From Moniliella sp. 'wahieum' (lineage: Eukaryota): a stretch of DNA of 64,000 nucleotides. Positions 50,664-64,000 of this stretch are shown in pieces. The number at the start of each line of letters is the position of its first letter. Position 1 is the stretch's first letter. The notes beneath the pieces are model-generated. The model did not search any database, had not been told where the DNA came from, and saw nothing but the letters and a program-made list of their open reading frames with translations. Location: positions 62,001-126,000 of the forward strand of contig RSEE01000089.1 of NCBI GenBank assembly GCA_003971905.1, written 5' to 3'. The position numbers and the translations under genes were made by a program.

Positions 50664-53185
50664 TCAAGCAGTCTCGTCCGGAAGGGAGGCGGATGCGGCC
50701 GGGTGGGGCGACTGGGACGCCGGGGAAGGCGTGTCGGAGGAAGGTTTGGCCAAGATAGCCTCAACGTCCGTCGCTTGCGTTTGGTCCTCCTTCAACGCGC
50801 CGACAATCGCATCAATCATCTTGAACCCCAACGATCCCTGTGGGAAACAAATGTACGCCACAATCTCGTGCGACGCACCAAACTTGGTCCGGAACGAACC
50901 CTTGGACGCCAAATGGAACGTCTTGCTCAGTGCATTGTACGCGGCCGTGACCGTGGTGAAACGTAATCCCACATGCAGGTTCCGACCAGGTTTCAGCTCC
51001 CCGCCCGAAATCCCAAACGAAAGCGAAATACAGACCGGACGCTTACTTTCGTCCCACGTCGCAGACGCTTTGTCCAGTCCTTGAAGCGGGAACAGAGCGG
51101 CCGAGGAAGTGTCGACGCTCGAGGCAGTAGATCGGACTTGCATCGGCGTCGACTCTTGGTCCGCCAAGACCGTCGCTTGCGGCGTCGAACCATTCGGGGT
51201 AGGCTGCTCCGACGTGGGCGTCTCCGTACCGGCCGCAGGGGCTTTCGTCGATGGCGCCTGCTGGGCCTCAGCAAGCTTATCAACCGGCGCTTGCACCGCA
51301 ATGATCTTGCCCGGCGCACCATCCACCTCGCGGCAGGAGGGTCTTGCTTCTCCTGCGTCGGTTCCTGAGCCTGACCCTGCGCTTGAGCATGAGCTTGGGC
51401 TTGGGCCTGAGCGGCCTCTTGGCGCGCCTTGCGTGCACGACGCGCCTTTTCCCGGTTGGACAGCGGCTTATCTTCCTCCTGCTTCTTCTTGGACGGGGTA
51501 GGCCAGTCGGGTGAACCAGCATCGCGCAACCGTTCAATCACATGCACAATCAAGCACTCTGACGTGCCCTTGACGTCCTGATCAAACTCCAGCAACCACT
51601 TGACCACGTACTTGCCCTCGGCAATCGGAGCCAGCACACACATTCCCACCACCTTCTCGTCCTCGTGGTAGTCCAGGAGCACGTTGGGCACACTCAAGTT
51701 GGACTGGCTGGTGACACGGCTGTTGGAAGTAGCGGGAAGCGTGACGTTGCTCACGGCCGTTTTGCTCGGGTGCTCCGACTCGTCCTCATCGTCATGAGGT
51801 GGGATACGAGGAGCGACAGCGTAAAAGTACTTACGGTTGGTCAGGTCGCGCCACGGTTCAGTATCGGACGCATGGATCTGGGAGCCCTTGGCCGCCTTGG
51901 ACTCCTTCCACGTCAAAATGCCCTCTTCGACGTGGTCGCGCGTCAGGGCCGAGGAGCCATCGAGGATCGGGTCGGGGAACCGACCGTGGGCCTCAACGAT
52001 CCGCAACCCCTTCCGATGCGCCTTGCGCAACTTGGTCCGCACAAACTTTCCGCTTGCTCCACGTGGAACTGGCGTGGGTCCACCGCGTCCTCATGAATGC
52101 ACGTCAACGACGACCAGTCCAGCTTCGCGCCCGGGGTGAGCGTCGTGGCATTGCCTCCGAGCGGCTCGGATCCGATCCGATCAGGGAACGAACGGGTCAA
52201 CACGTCCATAAAGTCTTCTGAGCAACACGACCACAGCGGCTTTTTGCCCTCCGACTCGATTTGCTGCACCCAGCGCTGGGCAACGTACGCGTAGTTGTCC
52301 GGGTGGCACAACGGGTTGCCCCAAGCGATCGCATACGTACGTCTGCTTGCCGTCGGGCGAATTGAGTAGGTAGCCCACATAGGCAAACTTCTCGATCGGG
52401 TCTATCGTAGGCAAAACAGGAGGTCAGCAACTTGCCTGTCCCAGTGGGTTTGCAGTGCCCCAGAAACAACCAAACCAAAACCCAGAACCCAAAACAGAAA
52501 AACAAAAAATCGAACCCCAACAAAAGGTACGTACCGTGTCGCCGCTCAGCGGGCAGAGGCAGCTCAAAGATGGTGTACATCGGTTCGGTCCAGGCAGTGT
52601 TGGTAGCTGTGCCGTACAAGGGCAACAAGGTGGGCAAGAGAGGGTAGGTAGCAATATTGCCTGAGCCAGGCTCATGTCGACCGTCATTGGAGAACAAGTC
52701 GCGAAACTGCGCCGGAATGGTATCGGAAGACGCGGCGGGGTCACATCGGCATCCCCGGCACCCGTGCTGGACGCGGGAGGATCCGCGTCCGTCGTAGCGG
52801 AAGCAGTTCATGGTCGGCGCCACTGCTCAGGCTGGAATGGCCGTTGGTGGTGGCCCAAGCCACCTGGGTGCAGATGGGACGAGAGCTTGTGCCGGATGGA
52901 GCCCAAGTTGTGCGACAGACGGCCCCCGTTGAACGAGTGCCGCGGCGAGGCTGGCGGGGACCCATCGAGCGAGGGTCGGATGGCGGACATGGAGGCGCGG
53001 GGGGACGAGGTCGAAGCGCGCGACTGCTGCACGCTCTTGCGGGGGGCAGCCGGCGAAGCGTCCCGGCTAGGCCGCGGGCTGGCACTGGGGGAGGGGTTGG
53101 CCGGGTCTGAGCCGTCGGGCGCGTGGGAATGGGAGGGAGAGTGGGTGTGGTGCGAGCGCAGGCGCGTGCGGAGAGCGTCGAGCAT
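50664..53185 (-). CDS. Stand-alone DUF2156 (aminoacyl-tRNA transferase) protein, ErdS/ErgS-related
   Basis: YGTATNTAW, VGY, AIAWGNPLC, KLRKAHRKG, QIH..DTEPWRD..NRKYFYA, VKWLLEF, GTSECLI, SFG, FRTKFGA and YICFP. Intron 52402-52534. Confidence 0.8.
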
Positions 53186-55373
53186 CGTGGGCAAGGGATG
53201 GAGGGGGAGCCTGGTGTCGCAGCAGGTGGTGGGGGGGGAGGGAGGGGGGCGCCAGGCCCGCTTGGCGTTCGGTTGCACTTGCCTGTGGTAGCCCGTGGAT
53301 CGGCGATAATTGGGAGGGCCGTGGGCACACTAGCCTGCTGCGGGGGCAGAAGGACAGGCGTGGGTGGCCCGGGGGCGGTCTGGGGCTGGGATCGATCATG
53401 GATCATGCCAGTGCATCATGCATCCGACACACACGTAGGCACCACCAGCACTGGCCGAATGCGGCCGATGCCACGGGCCACACCTGGGCGCTCCAACGTC
53501 CAACCTCCATGGAGATCGGTTGCGTAGCTCCGATTCTAAACGTACGCGCAAGATGCCACACTCGGTGTGGCAAGCACACACTGCCCCCACGCGCCAGAAC
53601 ACCCATACATGCAGCATGCATGATGCAAGCATGCACAGGCCCTGTCTGCACGTGCAAGGGGCGGTGCTCGGGACAGTCGCATGTCGCATGTCGCATGCAT
53701 GTCGCATGTCGCATGTCCATGTCACATGTCATGCATGTGCAGCTGCAAGCTGCCATGGTGCCTTGCAGCTTGCTTCTTGCCACTTGCGCGCTTCTCCCTG
53801 CAGACAAACAGGGGGTACTGGGTGCCGTCGCACGCCCGCGGAGCAGGGCCGCAAGAGACAGCCAGACCCAGCTAGCTCTGTGGCCTGCGGCAGCATCAGT
53901 GTGGCCTGCTGGGACTAGCATGCATGCGTGACGATGACGCGGTGACAATGACGGAAATTCAGCTGGCAATCCACCGCACTCTGGCACTGGGCGGGGCGTG
54001 CGCTTGTTTACAATTTCATACGCCAAGCCGTGCACCTTGGCAGCTGCAGCTTGCAGAGCGTGCTCCGCGCTCCCCCCCGTGCCGCGGCATAGAAGCCTAG
54101 AATACTAACAACCCCTGCCGCCCCCCTGTCCAGTCTTGCGTCTTGGTCAATGCGCGTAAACGTTAATAACTAGTGGTAGTGATAGTGACCAGTGACTAGC
54201 TAGTGACTAGTGACTAGTGAGCTAGTGAGTCGAAGATTCGAGGACTCGAGGATCGGTCTGAAGATCTGAAGCCTTCCGCCCGCGTTCCTGAGGCCTGGGC
54301 CTGACATTGACATGGACATCGATTCAGAAAGGCTAGCTGGCAGCTTGAAGAAACTTCCGCCGCGCAGCCCCAGTCCTTCCCCGCACAGATCCAGATCCAC
54401 TTTTCCTGAGGCGGCCGGAGGTCTGATCGGTGATCGATTGGATCTTTCCAGCGAACCACACTGGCCAGACTGCAACCCAGACCGTAACTGCGCGGAATCA
54501 TTAATCACGCGCCAACTTGACAACCGTTCGCCGCCCGCCGCGCAACGCAGCGCGCAACGCGTCCATGTCGATGACCGAGGGGTCGTTCGCTGTTGGTCCG
54601 CCTGCTCGGTTTCCCGCGGTATCGATTCTCGGCCGAGTGAACGTGAGCGTGAATCTGATTTCTCGTTGGTGTATCCCGCGGGATACCGATACGCCCCCGC
54701 GTACACGGTACACCCGCGTACGCCCGTGGCCACCGCAAGCCAGGACTGGCCTTTTATCGGCTCGTCGGGTGGATCATCATGCATCATGATGTATGATGCA
54801 TGACCGGTGACCCTAAGGCCGAACACACCTCCAGCAACATTATAATGCTCTTGTGTGGCGCTAGAGTTGGTTGGACGGGTATGCCGCGCTGGTGTATAAG
54901 GTTGTTGGTACTCGTCCCCAGCGCCAGCCGCGAGGCCAATTACCAAGTGTGCACGCGCATCGCATACCAGACGCTAGACACATAGAAAGGGCCCTACTAC
55001 CTCCTCCTCTACCTCGCGACGATCCCCGCCGAGGCCAAACCAGGTCCAACCCCACGCAGTCTACGCCTCCTGCCCAGGGTCGAGCCTTTCCCGACATACG
55101 GCCAGCTATATCTCTCGTCACTATGATCGTCTGCGGTTAGACCAGGATGAATAACAGGCTCGGATCGGGTCGGGTGAAGAAAAACGAATGGGAGTCCCGA
55201 TGTGGAGAGGGGGGCGTGGGTACTATAACGAGAGGGGACCAATACCAGTGCGACGGAATAGGGGTCACGACAAGAAGCGAGTCAAGGGGTAGGATCGGTT
55301 CTGAAGAGAGAGGGGGGGGTCAAGGGACGGTAAAGGTGATCCATACCAACGCGCATCACTATAACGGTAGTAG

Positions 55374-57345
55374 TTATTGCTGTCGGATCGGATCTGCAAA
55401 CACGTAATGGAACACCGTGCCGCGTCCCCGTCGGTTGCGACCGTGCTGGCGCGGTACAGTGTTGGTGTTCGCCTTGTGCTTGTTGAAGGCCAAAGGGTAG
55501 CTTTGTGCCTGTAAGGCCTTGGGCAAGGCGGAGATATAGGGACCAAGGGCGCGCGAAGGCGAACTACTGCTGTGGCTTGCGTTCCGATTGGCCGGCAGGG
55601 CTTTCGCCTGACTTGCGACGTGCGGCAAGGGGATAGATCGGGGCGCAAACCCTTTCTGTTGCAGTTGGAACGGGTGGCCCTCGGTGTTGAACACGACCTG
55701 GTTCAAGTCGGCTGTACTGGCGTCGGAAAACGTAAGGTAGAGGTACTTGTACAGTTCGGCGTAGGCAAAACTTTGTTCTTCGTTCACCTGGCCCGCGGCG
55801 GGAGAGCGAACGTCGTTGATCCCGACCAGACCGTCCTTGAGGCCCTTTAGGCTTGCACGCGCTTTCCAGCGCTTCAAATGCCGCCCAGGCAATCTCTTGC
55901 CATTTAGGATCCAGCGTCGCGCGCCAAGCATAAAACACCGATTCGAGTACCTCCGGACGCAGCACATAGTCCGCCATCGAAATTGAGAACCCCCACTGGT
56001 CAAATTCCGTTTGGTTGAGCGGAGTGGAAGGGACGTGGTAGGAGCCATTGGCAAAGCGGTAAGTGAACACTTCTGGTCCCAGCCCCGTTGGCGTCCGGGC
56101 ATAGGTTTGCGCACACGATTCCGTCACCTCCAATCCGAATGCAAGCAGGGACTGGCTGCCTAGGATCTTGCCGCCCAAAATCAAGTTGCCACCCACGAAG
56201 CATTCGAGGTGCGAGCCTAGCGAGATCAATCCGCCTTGGCTCGGGTCATAGTCAGCGAGGAAAAGGAGGTCGGGGTGGTGCTGCGGTACAGTAGCCAGCA
56301 CGCCCACTGTACTTTTCACCGTATCGATCCAAGTATCTATGTAGGTTCCCGACGAGTTGCCCCAACAGTACGCCGTCTTGAGCAAGTACTCAAAAAACGA
56401 GTCGGACCCCCCGCCCCAGGTCATGTAACTGTCAGTGGCGGTATTACTGGCAGGATCGATGCCTTGGCCAAAGAAGCCTTTGGGTCGGGGGTTCATGGTT
56501 TGCCGACTGGTGATGATGGCCTGCATGGCCTTTTTCGCATACGCTTCGTACGTCCCATTGCGCGTGTGTTGGCTCAACTTGGTCCATTCCAACACGATCG
56601 TACCGGCCTGCGCAATCCCTTGGCCATCCGATTTGTCCACCGTCACAGTCGTGTTCCAGTTCAACAATGAGTTCCACGGAATGTCCTGTCCTTCGACCCT
56701 AGATACCATGCATGCGTGAGTGCCAAAGAAATGCCTTGGTAGTGCTTAGTGCTTTTAGTCGGGTTCGACCGCTACACGCTGACATAAAATGAGAGCATCC
56801 ACCAAGCCAAGAACAAGGGATGTGCCACGTACCAACCACCCCAACTTATCTGCCACGCGGGCCGCCTGCTCAATCAGACCAAATCGCTTGGCCCCGTCCA
56901 ACTCGTAGGCACTCACCAAGCCAGCAACATACCGAATGTTGGTCTCGAACAAGGAGATCTTGGTCTGACGTGTCGTACCAAAGTCAATGTTCAGAGCCAA
57001 GTTGATCAATTTGTTCGCCTGCTCCGTCTGGCCCATAACGAGCGCAGTGGAAATCGCATCGACGGCTGAGGCGCCCCAATCGCCATACAGGTCGGCAGAA
57101 AGGCTACTGCCATTCGACGTTAGTGCGTCCAGCTCGTCCCCTGGCCAGGCGTAGTGGAGGTAGGCATCCAGGTTGGCAGAGAAGGCTTGTTGGATTCGTT
57201 GTGCACGCGAGGCGGCCAGAGGCGTAGATGTGTAGGAGCTGTCAAACGCTCCGTTGGCCACTACCGTCGGCAGGTGGAGCAGGGCAAAGGCACCGCCCCA
57301 AATGAGTGTACGCATGGGGGCCTTCCCAAAGCGGATGAGGACCAT
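55374..57345 (-). CDS. Class I alpha-1,2-mannosidase (GH47), secreted type
   Basis: WGASAVDAISTA, SLFETNIRY, GGGSDSFFEYLLK, HLECF, GLGPE, LRPEVLES, SFAYAELYKYLYL and FNTEGHP. Signal-like N-terminus. Intron 56699-56832. Confidence 0.95.
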
Positions 57346-58939
57346 GTAAGGATCGTGGGTAGGGGGGGGAAGGTGTTGGTGAGAGAAAGAACGTGGAGAG
57401 GAGGGCGGTGAGGACAGTGCGGATGCAGGTGGTGTAGGAGAGGGACTCTGCAAGGGCAAAGGGGAGGAAGTGATGACAAACAACGCGACGCTCTGTTGTG
57501 CACTGTATACGTAGCAGAGCCTTGTTCAGTGGCCGCTCTGTTGGGTGGGATTGGCAAGCAAAGCAACGTGGCCCCAACTCCAGGCCGCGCACTTTGCCGA
57601 GGAGAGCCACAGCCACGCCGGGAAGACGCTGTGGGTCGCTCTCTTCGGCTATGGCTTCTACCACGGCCATTCGGAGGCTCTGACCAAAATGCAGTGGGGG
57701 ATGGATGCTCTAGAAAAGACGATAAGTGTGGCCGCGCCACATCTTTATCGGCCTGATCAACCTGATTGAATATTGATCATCGATCATCTCGATCTCACGT
57801 ACGTCGGTTTCCTACGCAACGCAGCCAGGCCGTCGATCACGTGGGCCCCATGCGGGCACTAGGGTGTGTCGATCAGGTCGATCAGGTCGTTGGGATCGAT
57901 GATTGATTGACCGCCCCACGTCCTCCTCGAGTCGTTAGCGTGCTGATCTTCCCACCTGTTGCCTCCCTGCTTGTCCCTACCCTGATGCTTGCCCCACTGC
58001 ACAGCAGAAGCGCACAAGGGGGAAGGTGGGGTAAAGGCGCAGATAGTGCTTCGTCGTGCGCTCAGCGGCTCAGCGCTCATGCACTCATGCCCTCTCGCGC
58101 ATCATGTTCATACGCCGCGCCGCCTCTTTGGCCTAGCTGCGCGGCGCACAGCCCAGCCCCCCTTGCAACCTATCTTCTCAGCAAGCAAGCTGCGTGCCTC
58201 GCCAGCGGCTAACGGCCAACGTCCAAAACGGACGTCTTCCAACGGCCAGCATGCATACGCACCCCCTCCACCCGTCCACCCCCCCCTGGCAGGTGCTGCT
58301 GGTCGCTTGCTGGCCGGCCACGACACTTTCGCGCTGGCTGTGGTGTGCGCTTCCTCCTTTCCTGGCTCGACTGCATCGCCCTGTCTGGCTCGGCCAGAGG
58401 CGGCAAGCAAATGGTGCCCAGTACTTGCCTTGTCGCAAGCCACGCGTGATGTCTGTGTCACATATGCGTCACGTCACGTGCCACGTCAGATCTCAGATGG
58501 CCTGTCGAATGCGACCCTAGTCACAGTGACTAGTGGCCAGTGCCTAGTGCCTTGCCGATTCGGTAGGTCCAATTATACGAGGAAAGGGTCCAAGAGCGTA
58601 ACAAGGGAAGCGTTGAACTTGAACGTTGAACGTTGATGGACGTTGGGCGTTGGAGGTTGAAGAGCTTGAAGGCTGGGTTATAGAGGATCAAGACGAAGAA
58701 GGAAGTGCGTCAATCAACAGGGAATGGCAAGTGATGGGGAGGGGGATGAGAACGTTCTTCGTATATCTGATGAACCGAGACGTTCGTATATAATGGGAAG
58801 AGAGTGGGGGATTATGAGAATTGGAACAATAATACATCAAACGCGGACGGATGTGGCATGTGCCCCCAGCCTGATTCATCTCTTCTCTCATCATGCATCA
58901 CGAAGACATCTCGTGTGTGGGAGCCAGATGTGGGGGGGG

Positions 58940-60761
58940 TCAGGAAGAATGTACAAGGAGGGATCGGATGAGTTGGACAAGGGGGGGATGCGTGGAGGAG
59001 GATGAGGAACGTTGAACGAGGCTAACGGAAGAAACCAAGGAAAAAAAGGGAACAAAAGAAAAAAAGGAGTGGTGGGTTGTGAGGCTACAATGAGGCGCCC
59101 ACACATGCAAAAGGTCATATATCATACAGAGCTGCACCCGCCCCTGGGGACTGTGGGACACATTGCCCCCAGAGGGGTCTTGAGCAGCAAGCGGCGTGAC
59201 CATTTGAATGGTGGGCTCAAAAGACAAACTGGGCAACGTCTGGGCAATCAAATCCCTCTGTTCGTCCGTTAAACTTTCCCGCGCCAAGTGGCACTTGAGA
59301 TGTCGGTGACAATCGTGTTTGCGACTAAAGCGATCGTGGCACAGAGGACACTTGAACGGTCGTCGACGTTTGTGCACATCCAAGTGTTGACGTAGGTTAG
59401 ATTTCCGCTCAACGCCCTTCCACACGTCGAACATTCCCATGGCCGTTTGCCCTCCTGACCAACACCTGTACCAACCACTGCTGCCGGACTGGACTTGGCC
59501 CGGGAACGTCGGCGTCGGCGCGATGCGCCCACAGACGGAGGCTTGCCTACCTCTTCCGGTTGCTCTTCCCGTAGGCGTGGGAAGATGGTCGCCCAGAGAC
59601 GGGGGGGTCTTGCTGCTGCTCGAACTGGATGCATGGGCCGGGCCGGGTGGGTACTCGTGCGATGGCGGACACGCGGGCCAGGTTCCGTCCTGATCAGTAC
59701 GACGGCTCGCATGGGGCGTCGGCGTAGTCGTTGGGTTGAGCGGCGGGAGAGGGTCGGAAGAGTGCGGCGGTAAGAAAGAGGGTGGATCGGGAGGATTGGC
59801 CATGGCCATGTCCTTGGTCTTGGCTTTGGTCTTGTCCTTTTGGGACAACATGATGCAGTACACGTCGCGCATCGCTTTGGCTGCCTCGTCGAGCATCGGC
59901 GCGGTAGAAGGGTGCTTCCCCGCAGGCAATGTTGGGCCCAGCGCGAGCGGGTCACGCATTTGGACGGGAATGGGAAGCACCTTGGTCACCATCTTATTGG
60001 TTTCGCTCATTTCATCCATCTCCGCCATGCCCGCAGGGATGACGAGCCCACTTGGTACCGCACAATTCCGATCCTCATCCCATCCCCATCATCTTCCGTG
60101 TCCGGATCTGTTTCCGTTTCCGTTTCCCTTTCCCCGTCCGGTCCCCAGTCACGTCCATATCAACATCAACGTGGGTGTTGGCAGTGATCGTATCCTCAAA
60201 CCACTTGGATCCACTGCTGGGCGTGCGAATTAAGCTGGAAAAGCCCAGAGTGGGAGGACCTTCCTGTGCTTCGCCTGGGCCTGGATCCGACTGGGGCGGG
60301 CTGCAATGGGGCAGTCGAAACGGGAAGAGGAAAAGACGGGAAGAGGTTGGATCGGGTAAGGGGAAAGCGCAGAGCAGGTCAGTCCCGTCCCGTTTGGAAG
60401 AGAATAGAGCGAGCTAAGAATCAAATGTGACCCGATAAAGTGGCAGTGGGGCAGGACGCGCATCCATCCGCCTGAGGGCGGTAGAAAGGAAGCTCGGGTC
60501 GAGCGTGGCGTCAAAGGCGAACGGGCCGGGGTGGGTGGAATCGAGGTGGAGCGGGGCAGGGTGGGAGGAGGCGTTCATCTCCTGCGGGGGGGAGAAGGCG
60601 GGGGCAGCAGAGAGGACGTTGGGCCACAGGGAGGGGTAGTCGATTATGCCCTGGTCGCCGAGGAGCGAGGAGGGCTCGGCAGGGGCGGTGGAAAGGGTGG
60701 TGGCGGTTGTGGCCGGAGGCGGGGGCAAGAAGGGCGAAGAAGCGGCGGCGGACGAGGGCAT
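58940..60761 (-). CDS. C2H2 zinc-finger transcription factor (two fingers); ends approximate
   Basis: KRPWECSTCGR-x-ERKSNLRQHLDVH and RPFKCPLCHDRFSRKHDCHRHLKCH at about 59290-59445. Confidence 0.85.
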
Positions 60762-63700
60762 AGCCGGCAAACGGTGCAGAGGAGAGTGGCCGGGAAACAA
60801 CGACGGGACAATAGAGGTGAATGCGGCTGTCGGTGGCAGGTTGGATGTATGCCAGCAGCAGGAGGCGGAGGCGGATGAGCGCGGGATGGAAGGGGAGGTG
60901 GAGGCGGGCAAGCGACAGGGTGCGGCGAGGCCCGCGGTAGAGGAATCAATCTACACGTGTGCGCCGAGCGGGAATACTCGGAGTGTGCCTTGTTTCGCGA
61001 TCCACCGAGAATGCCGCTCGGTGTGGGTGAGAGTGAGGGTGAGAGGGGGGGCGGCTGCAGTGTGGGAAGAGGCGTGGGCTAAAAAAAGACACAGAGAGAC
61101 ACAGGCGTGGGTGGCAATGCGAGCGAGCAGCAAGCGGCGAGTGCACGCAGCGCCAGCGGGTGTGGGACGGCGAGGATACATCCCATGTCGAGTATGTGTG
61201 CGCACTCTTCGAGCACGGCACGGCGCCGGGAATGTTCAGACGCTGTTCCTGCCTGGGCCTGACCCTTCGTTTGCACAGAGAGCGTGGGCGTGGCTACGCA
61301 GCGCCTGGTGCGAGTGCGATGCTGCCTACGACCGACGCCTATGATCAACGCCCTGCCACCGACGCTCTGCAACCTACGCGTCGCTTGAAGCTTGAAGAGC
61401 AGTCTTATCTCCGCGGCGGAGAGGCTGCTGTAGACGCACGCCAACCACCAACGTCCTAAAAGAGCAATAAGCGAACATCGATCGGATCACACTGCTAGCC
61501 GGTGGTGGCAGGCCGCGGCTCTGGGCAGCTCTGGGTAGCGAGGTATAGCCAGCAGCCGGTAGCAGGTAGTGCTGGGTGTAGGTCAAAAGGTTGAGGTTGC
61601 CCACATTGGCGTGTGGCGTAGTATGAACGCGGGACGCAGCCGATCACAGTGGCACCGAGCCTCGCCAACCCCCAAACCCACCTCTCCTTTGGCGCGCACT
61701 CCCGACGACATCCAGGGGCCAACAAGTGGGAGAGGACGGGCGTACGTAGACATGGTGGTGATGGCAGGGTGACACATTGACAGCCCTCGGGCCTCACTCT
61801 TACATATATGTGTTTCTCAGCATCATTGCAAAGCCAGCATGCGTATTAGCCCAGCGCCCACCCGTGGCGTGGCTCACCATCTGGCTTTCGACAGAGGGTC
61901 GGCAGGGACCACAAACGCCTCGTAGCTCGAAGAAAAAAAAAACGGCGCGTGGGGAGAGAGAGAGGAAGCAATACAAGCTTTTCCATCTCTCTCGAGGCTC
62001 GAGAGGGGGCTTGCATCCAAAACTTCTTCTGCCCATCACTACAGTCGCCCTCTTCTCCTTTGGCTCCGCTATGCATAGTTCGGTGGTAGATACATACCAC
62101 CCTCTCCTATTGCTCGCTGTACTCCAACGCAACAAGCTCGGGGGCTGAAGCTCTGAAGCTCTAAAAAGCTTCAAGCTTCAAGGAAAGAAATATGTGTGTT
62201 CTGGTACGTATGTGCACCTGTGACATGTCATGCATCACATATGATACACACCATACATCATGCATCATGTGATGAACTTTGTGGTATGTGGGGCATTCGG
62301 CAGGAGATCTCTTGGTGTGGTATAGATCGAATTTTCAGTGACTAGTACAGATAACACACTGTCGCCGTCTCGTCCTTATAAACTGGTGCACTTTCTCCCC
62401 ACGCTGCAACACCTCCTTTTTCATCTCTCTTGTTGCCACTTTCTCTCGCTTTGCCACATTCTCTGGTTGCCACAGTCTCTTGCCACACGCCCTTACTAGT
62501 ACTCTCCCCGGCAATCCCAAACACACATACGCGGAGTCTCCGCTTTTGGGCCCATCAATTAATGCCTCAAGAAAGGCATAGTATATAGATCCGAGCATGT
62601 GTCTCCTTCTCGGTTCTGCGATAGAGAGAGCAACCGTCCAGAAGGCACAATCAATATTAGACGCTGTCCACAGGCGAGATGTGGGGTTGAGGCGACCGTA
62701 CGCTTGGGGCCTGGGTCTAGAGCACATCTCAGCGCACCAAATTCATCAACCGTTCGGAAGCACGTTCAAAGTACTCAACGCCGACCCAATTGCCTCACAA
62801 CCGAAATTCCCCGCATTCTGAATGATTGATGCGTTGTCGAATGTTGATCTGCTTGATTGTTGCCCTCTCTCTAACAGTGTGATCGATGATCAATACATGA
62901 TTCCGCAAGAAGCTCTCAGCTAATCAATGGCATAGGACTGCCTCCCAACGTAGTGATAGCGAACGTCACTACAAGTAAAACGGAGGAGGAACGTGCGCAA
63001 TGTATCAATGGAGGACGACCTGTTTCAAAGAGGTGGCCCGCACACCCATGACCAACGGGGGGGTACTTGTGCCACATGGTTGGTCAGCCGGTCAGTTCTT
63101 CAGTTAATATTAATAGCGTACCTACTCAGAAGGGGTTCGTTTCCTCGTAGTATAAGCATAGCAACGCCTGCCGTATTTGCCTATCAACACCACCACTTGT
63201 ATCTCGCACCCGCTTCTTCAGTATACTTGAAACTCCTCTCTGCTTTATGTTATCTGCATCGTAAAGCCCGTTGTCTCGCTGCATTCTGGCGTACTTGCGT
63301 CGCTACAGTACAACTGCACGCCCAATAAACCTCTGTTGCAGACAGTCTGTGTATACAGAGGCCTGTAATAAGCCCGAGGGGGGGCACCAGCCATAACGCA
63401 CCTTCATGTACCATGCATCTCATGTAGAGTTTGGAAGCGATGTGGGAGAGACGGAGGTCTTCTCCTCAGCTGACAAAGGGGTCCACACTCTGCAGTTCGG
63501 CCGCCGGAGACGAGGAGCGCCCAAGTGCGAGCGGAGATGGGCGAGTGGGTAGATCTGCAGCAGCGCAAAAAAAGGGGGCAGGAGAGGCGAGAGGCATTGA
63601 ACGGGGACGTGTGAACATGTGAACGTTGGACATTTGGATATGCATAGGGGCACCGCGGCAGTGAGGGGGACTCGGAAGAGGTGGCAATGGGCCCAGCGAC

Positions 63701-64000
63701 AAGGATGCCGAGTTGACGGCCACGCAAGCTTCAAGCGTTAAAAAGGGAGACGTGAGGTGTGACGTATGACGCGAGGGTTCAGCTGAACGCTGAGCGCTGA
63801 GCGCCGGTGAGCCTCAGCGCGCCTCAGGCCTCAGCGCACAGCGCGTCACCCCAATTCCTGAGGTCGGGGCGGGATGTGTTTTAGCAAATGGGTGTGGGCA
63901 ATCATTTTCGTAGGTTTTACCGCAACTAGTTGATTAGGGTCTCATCGTTGGTTCCTGAGTGGTATTTTCCCGAGGGTCAAGCATGCGGGGCGAGCGCCAA

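Noticed and set aside
54200..54946. 248-aa minus ORF and overlapping 163-aa plus ORF
   Set aside because: No domain signal, and both run through palindromic repeat tracts.
61400..63400. Possible decayed gene or transposon in a lower-GC stretch
   Set aside because: Only short stop-interrupted ORFs. No motif or terminal repeat I can support.

Overview
GC-rich, intron-poor fungal genomic DNA, probably basidiomycete (inferred from gene content and GTACGT...CTRAC...YAG introns). About 17 protein genes are recognisable: bZIP-like, DENND6, METTL3/IME4, RING-H2, CYB5, PalI/Rim9, PAP2, an RCC1 + ADAL-type deaminase fusion, DEAH helicase, SAM methyltransferase, Zn2Cys6, ARF1, NDUFA4-like, a Gag-capsid-like orphan, a stand-alone DUF2156 transferase, GH47 and C2H2. 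There is also an intron-containing initiator tRNA-Met and a recent full-length Ty1/Copia element (identical 160-bp LTRs, GCAGT target-site duplication). Almost every gene, even ARF1, carries single-base frameshifts, most likely uncorrected long-read errors, so gene ends are approximate. Top leads: (1) a 43-nt candidate intron that removes two stops and fuses Copia gag to pol in frame; (2) an Ats1/Kti13-like RCC1 propeller fused to an ADAL/MAPDA deaminase; (3) a DUF2156 tRNA-dependent transferase without AspRS; (4) a possibly domesticated gag gene; (5) a pervasive intergenic TGA-[4-bp palindrome]-TGA 7-bp duplication signature. All family calls are from motif recognition, not database searches.
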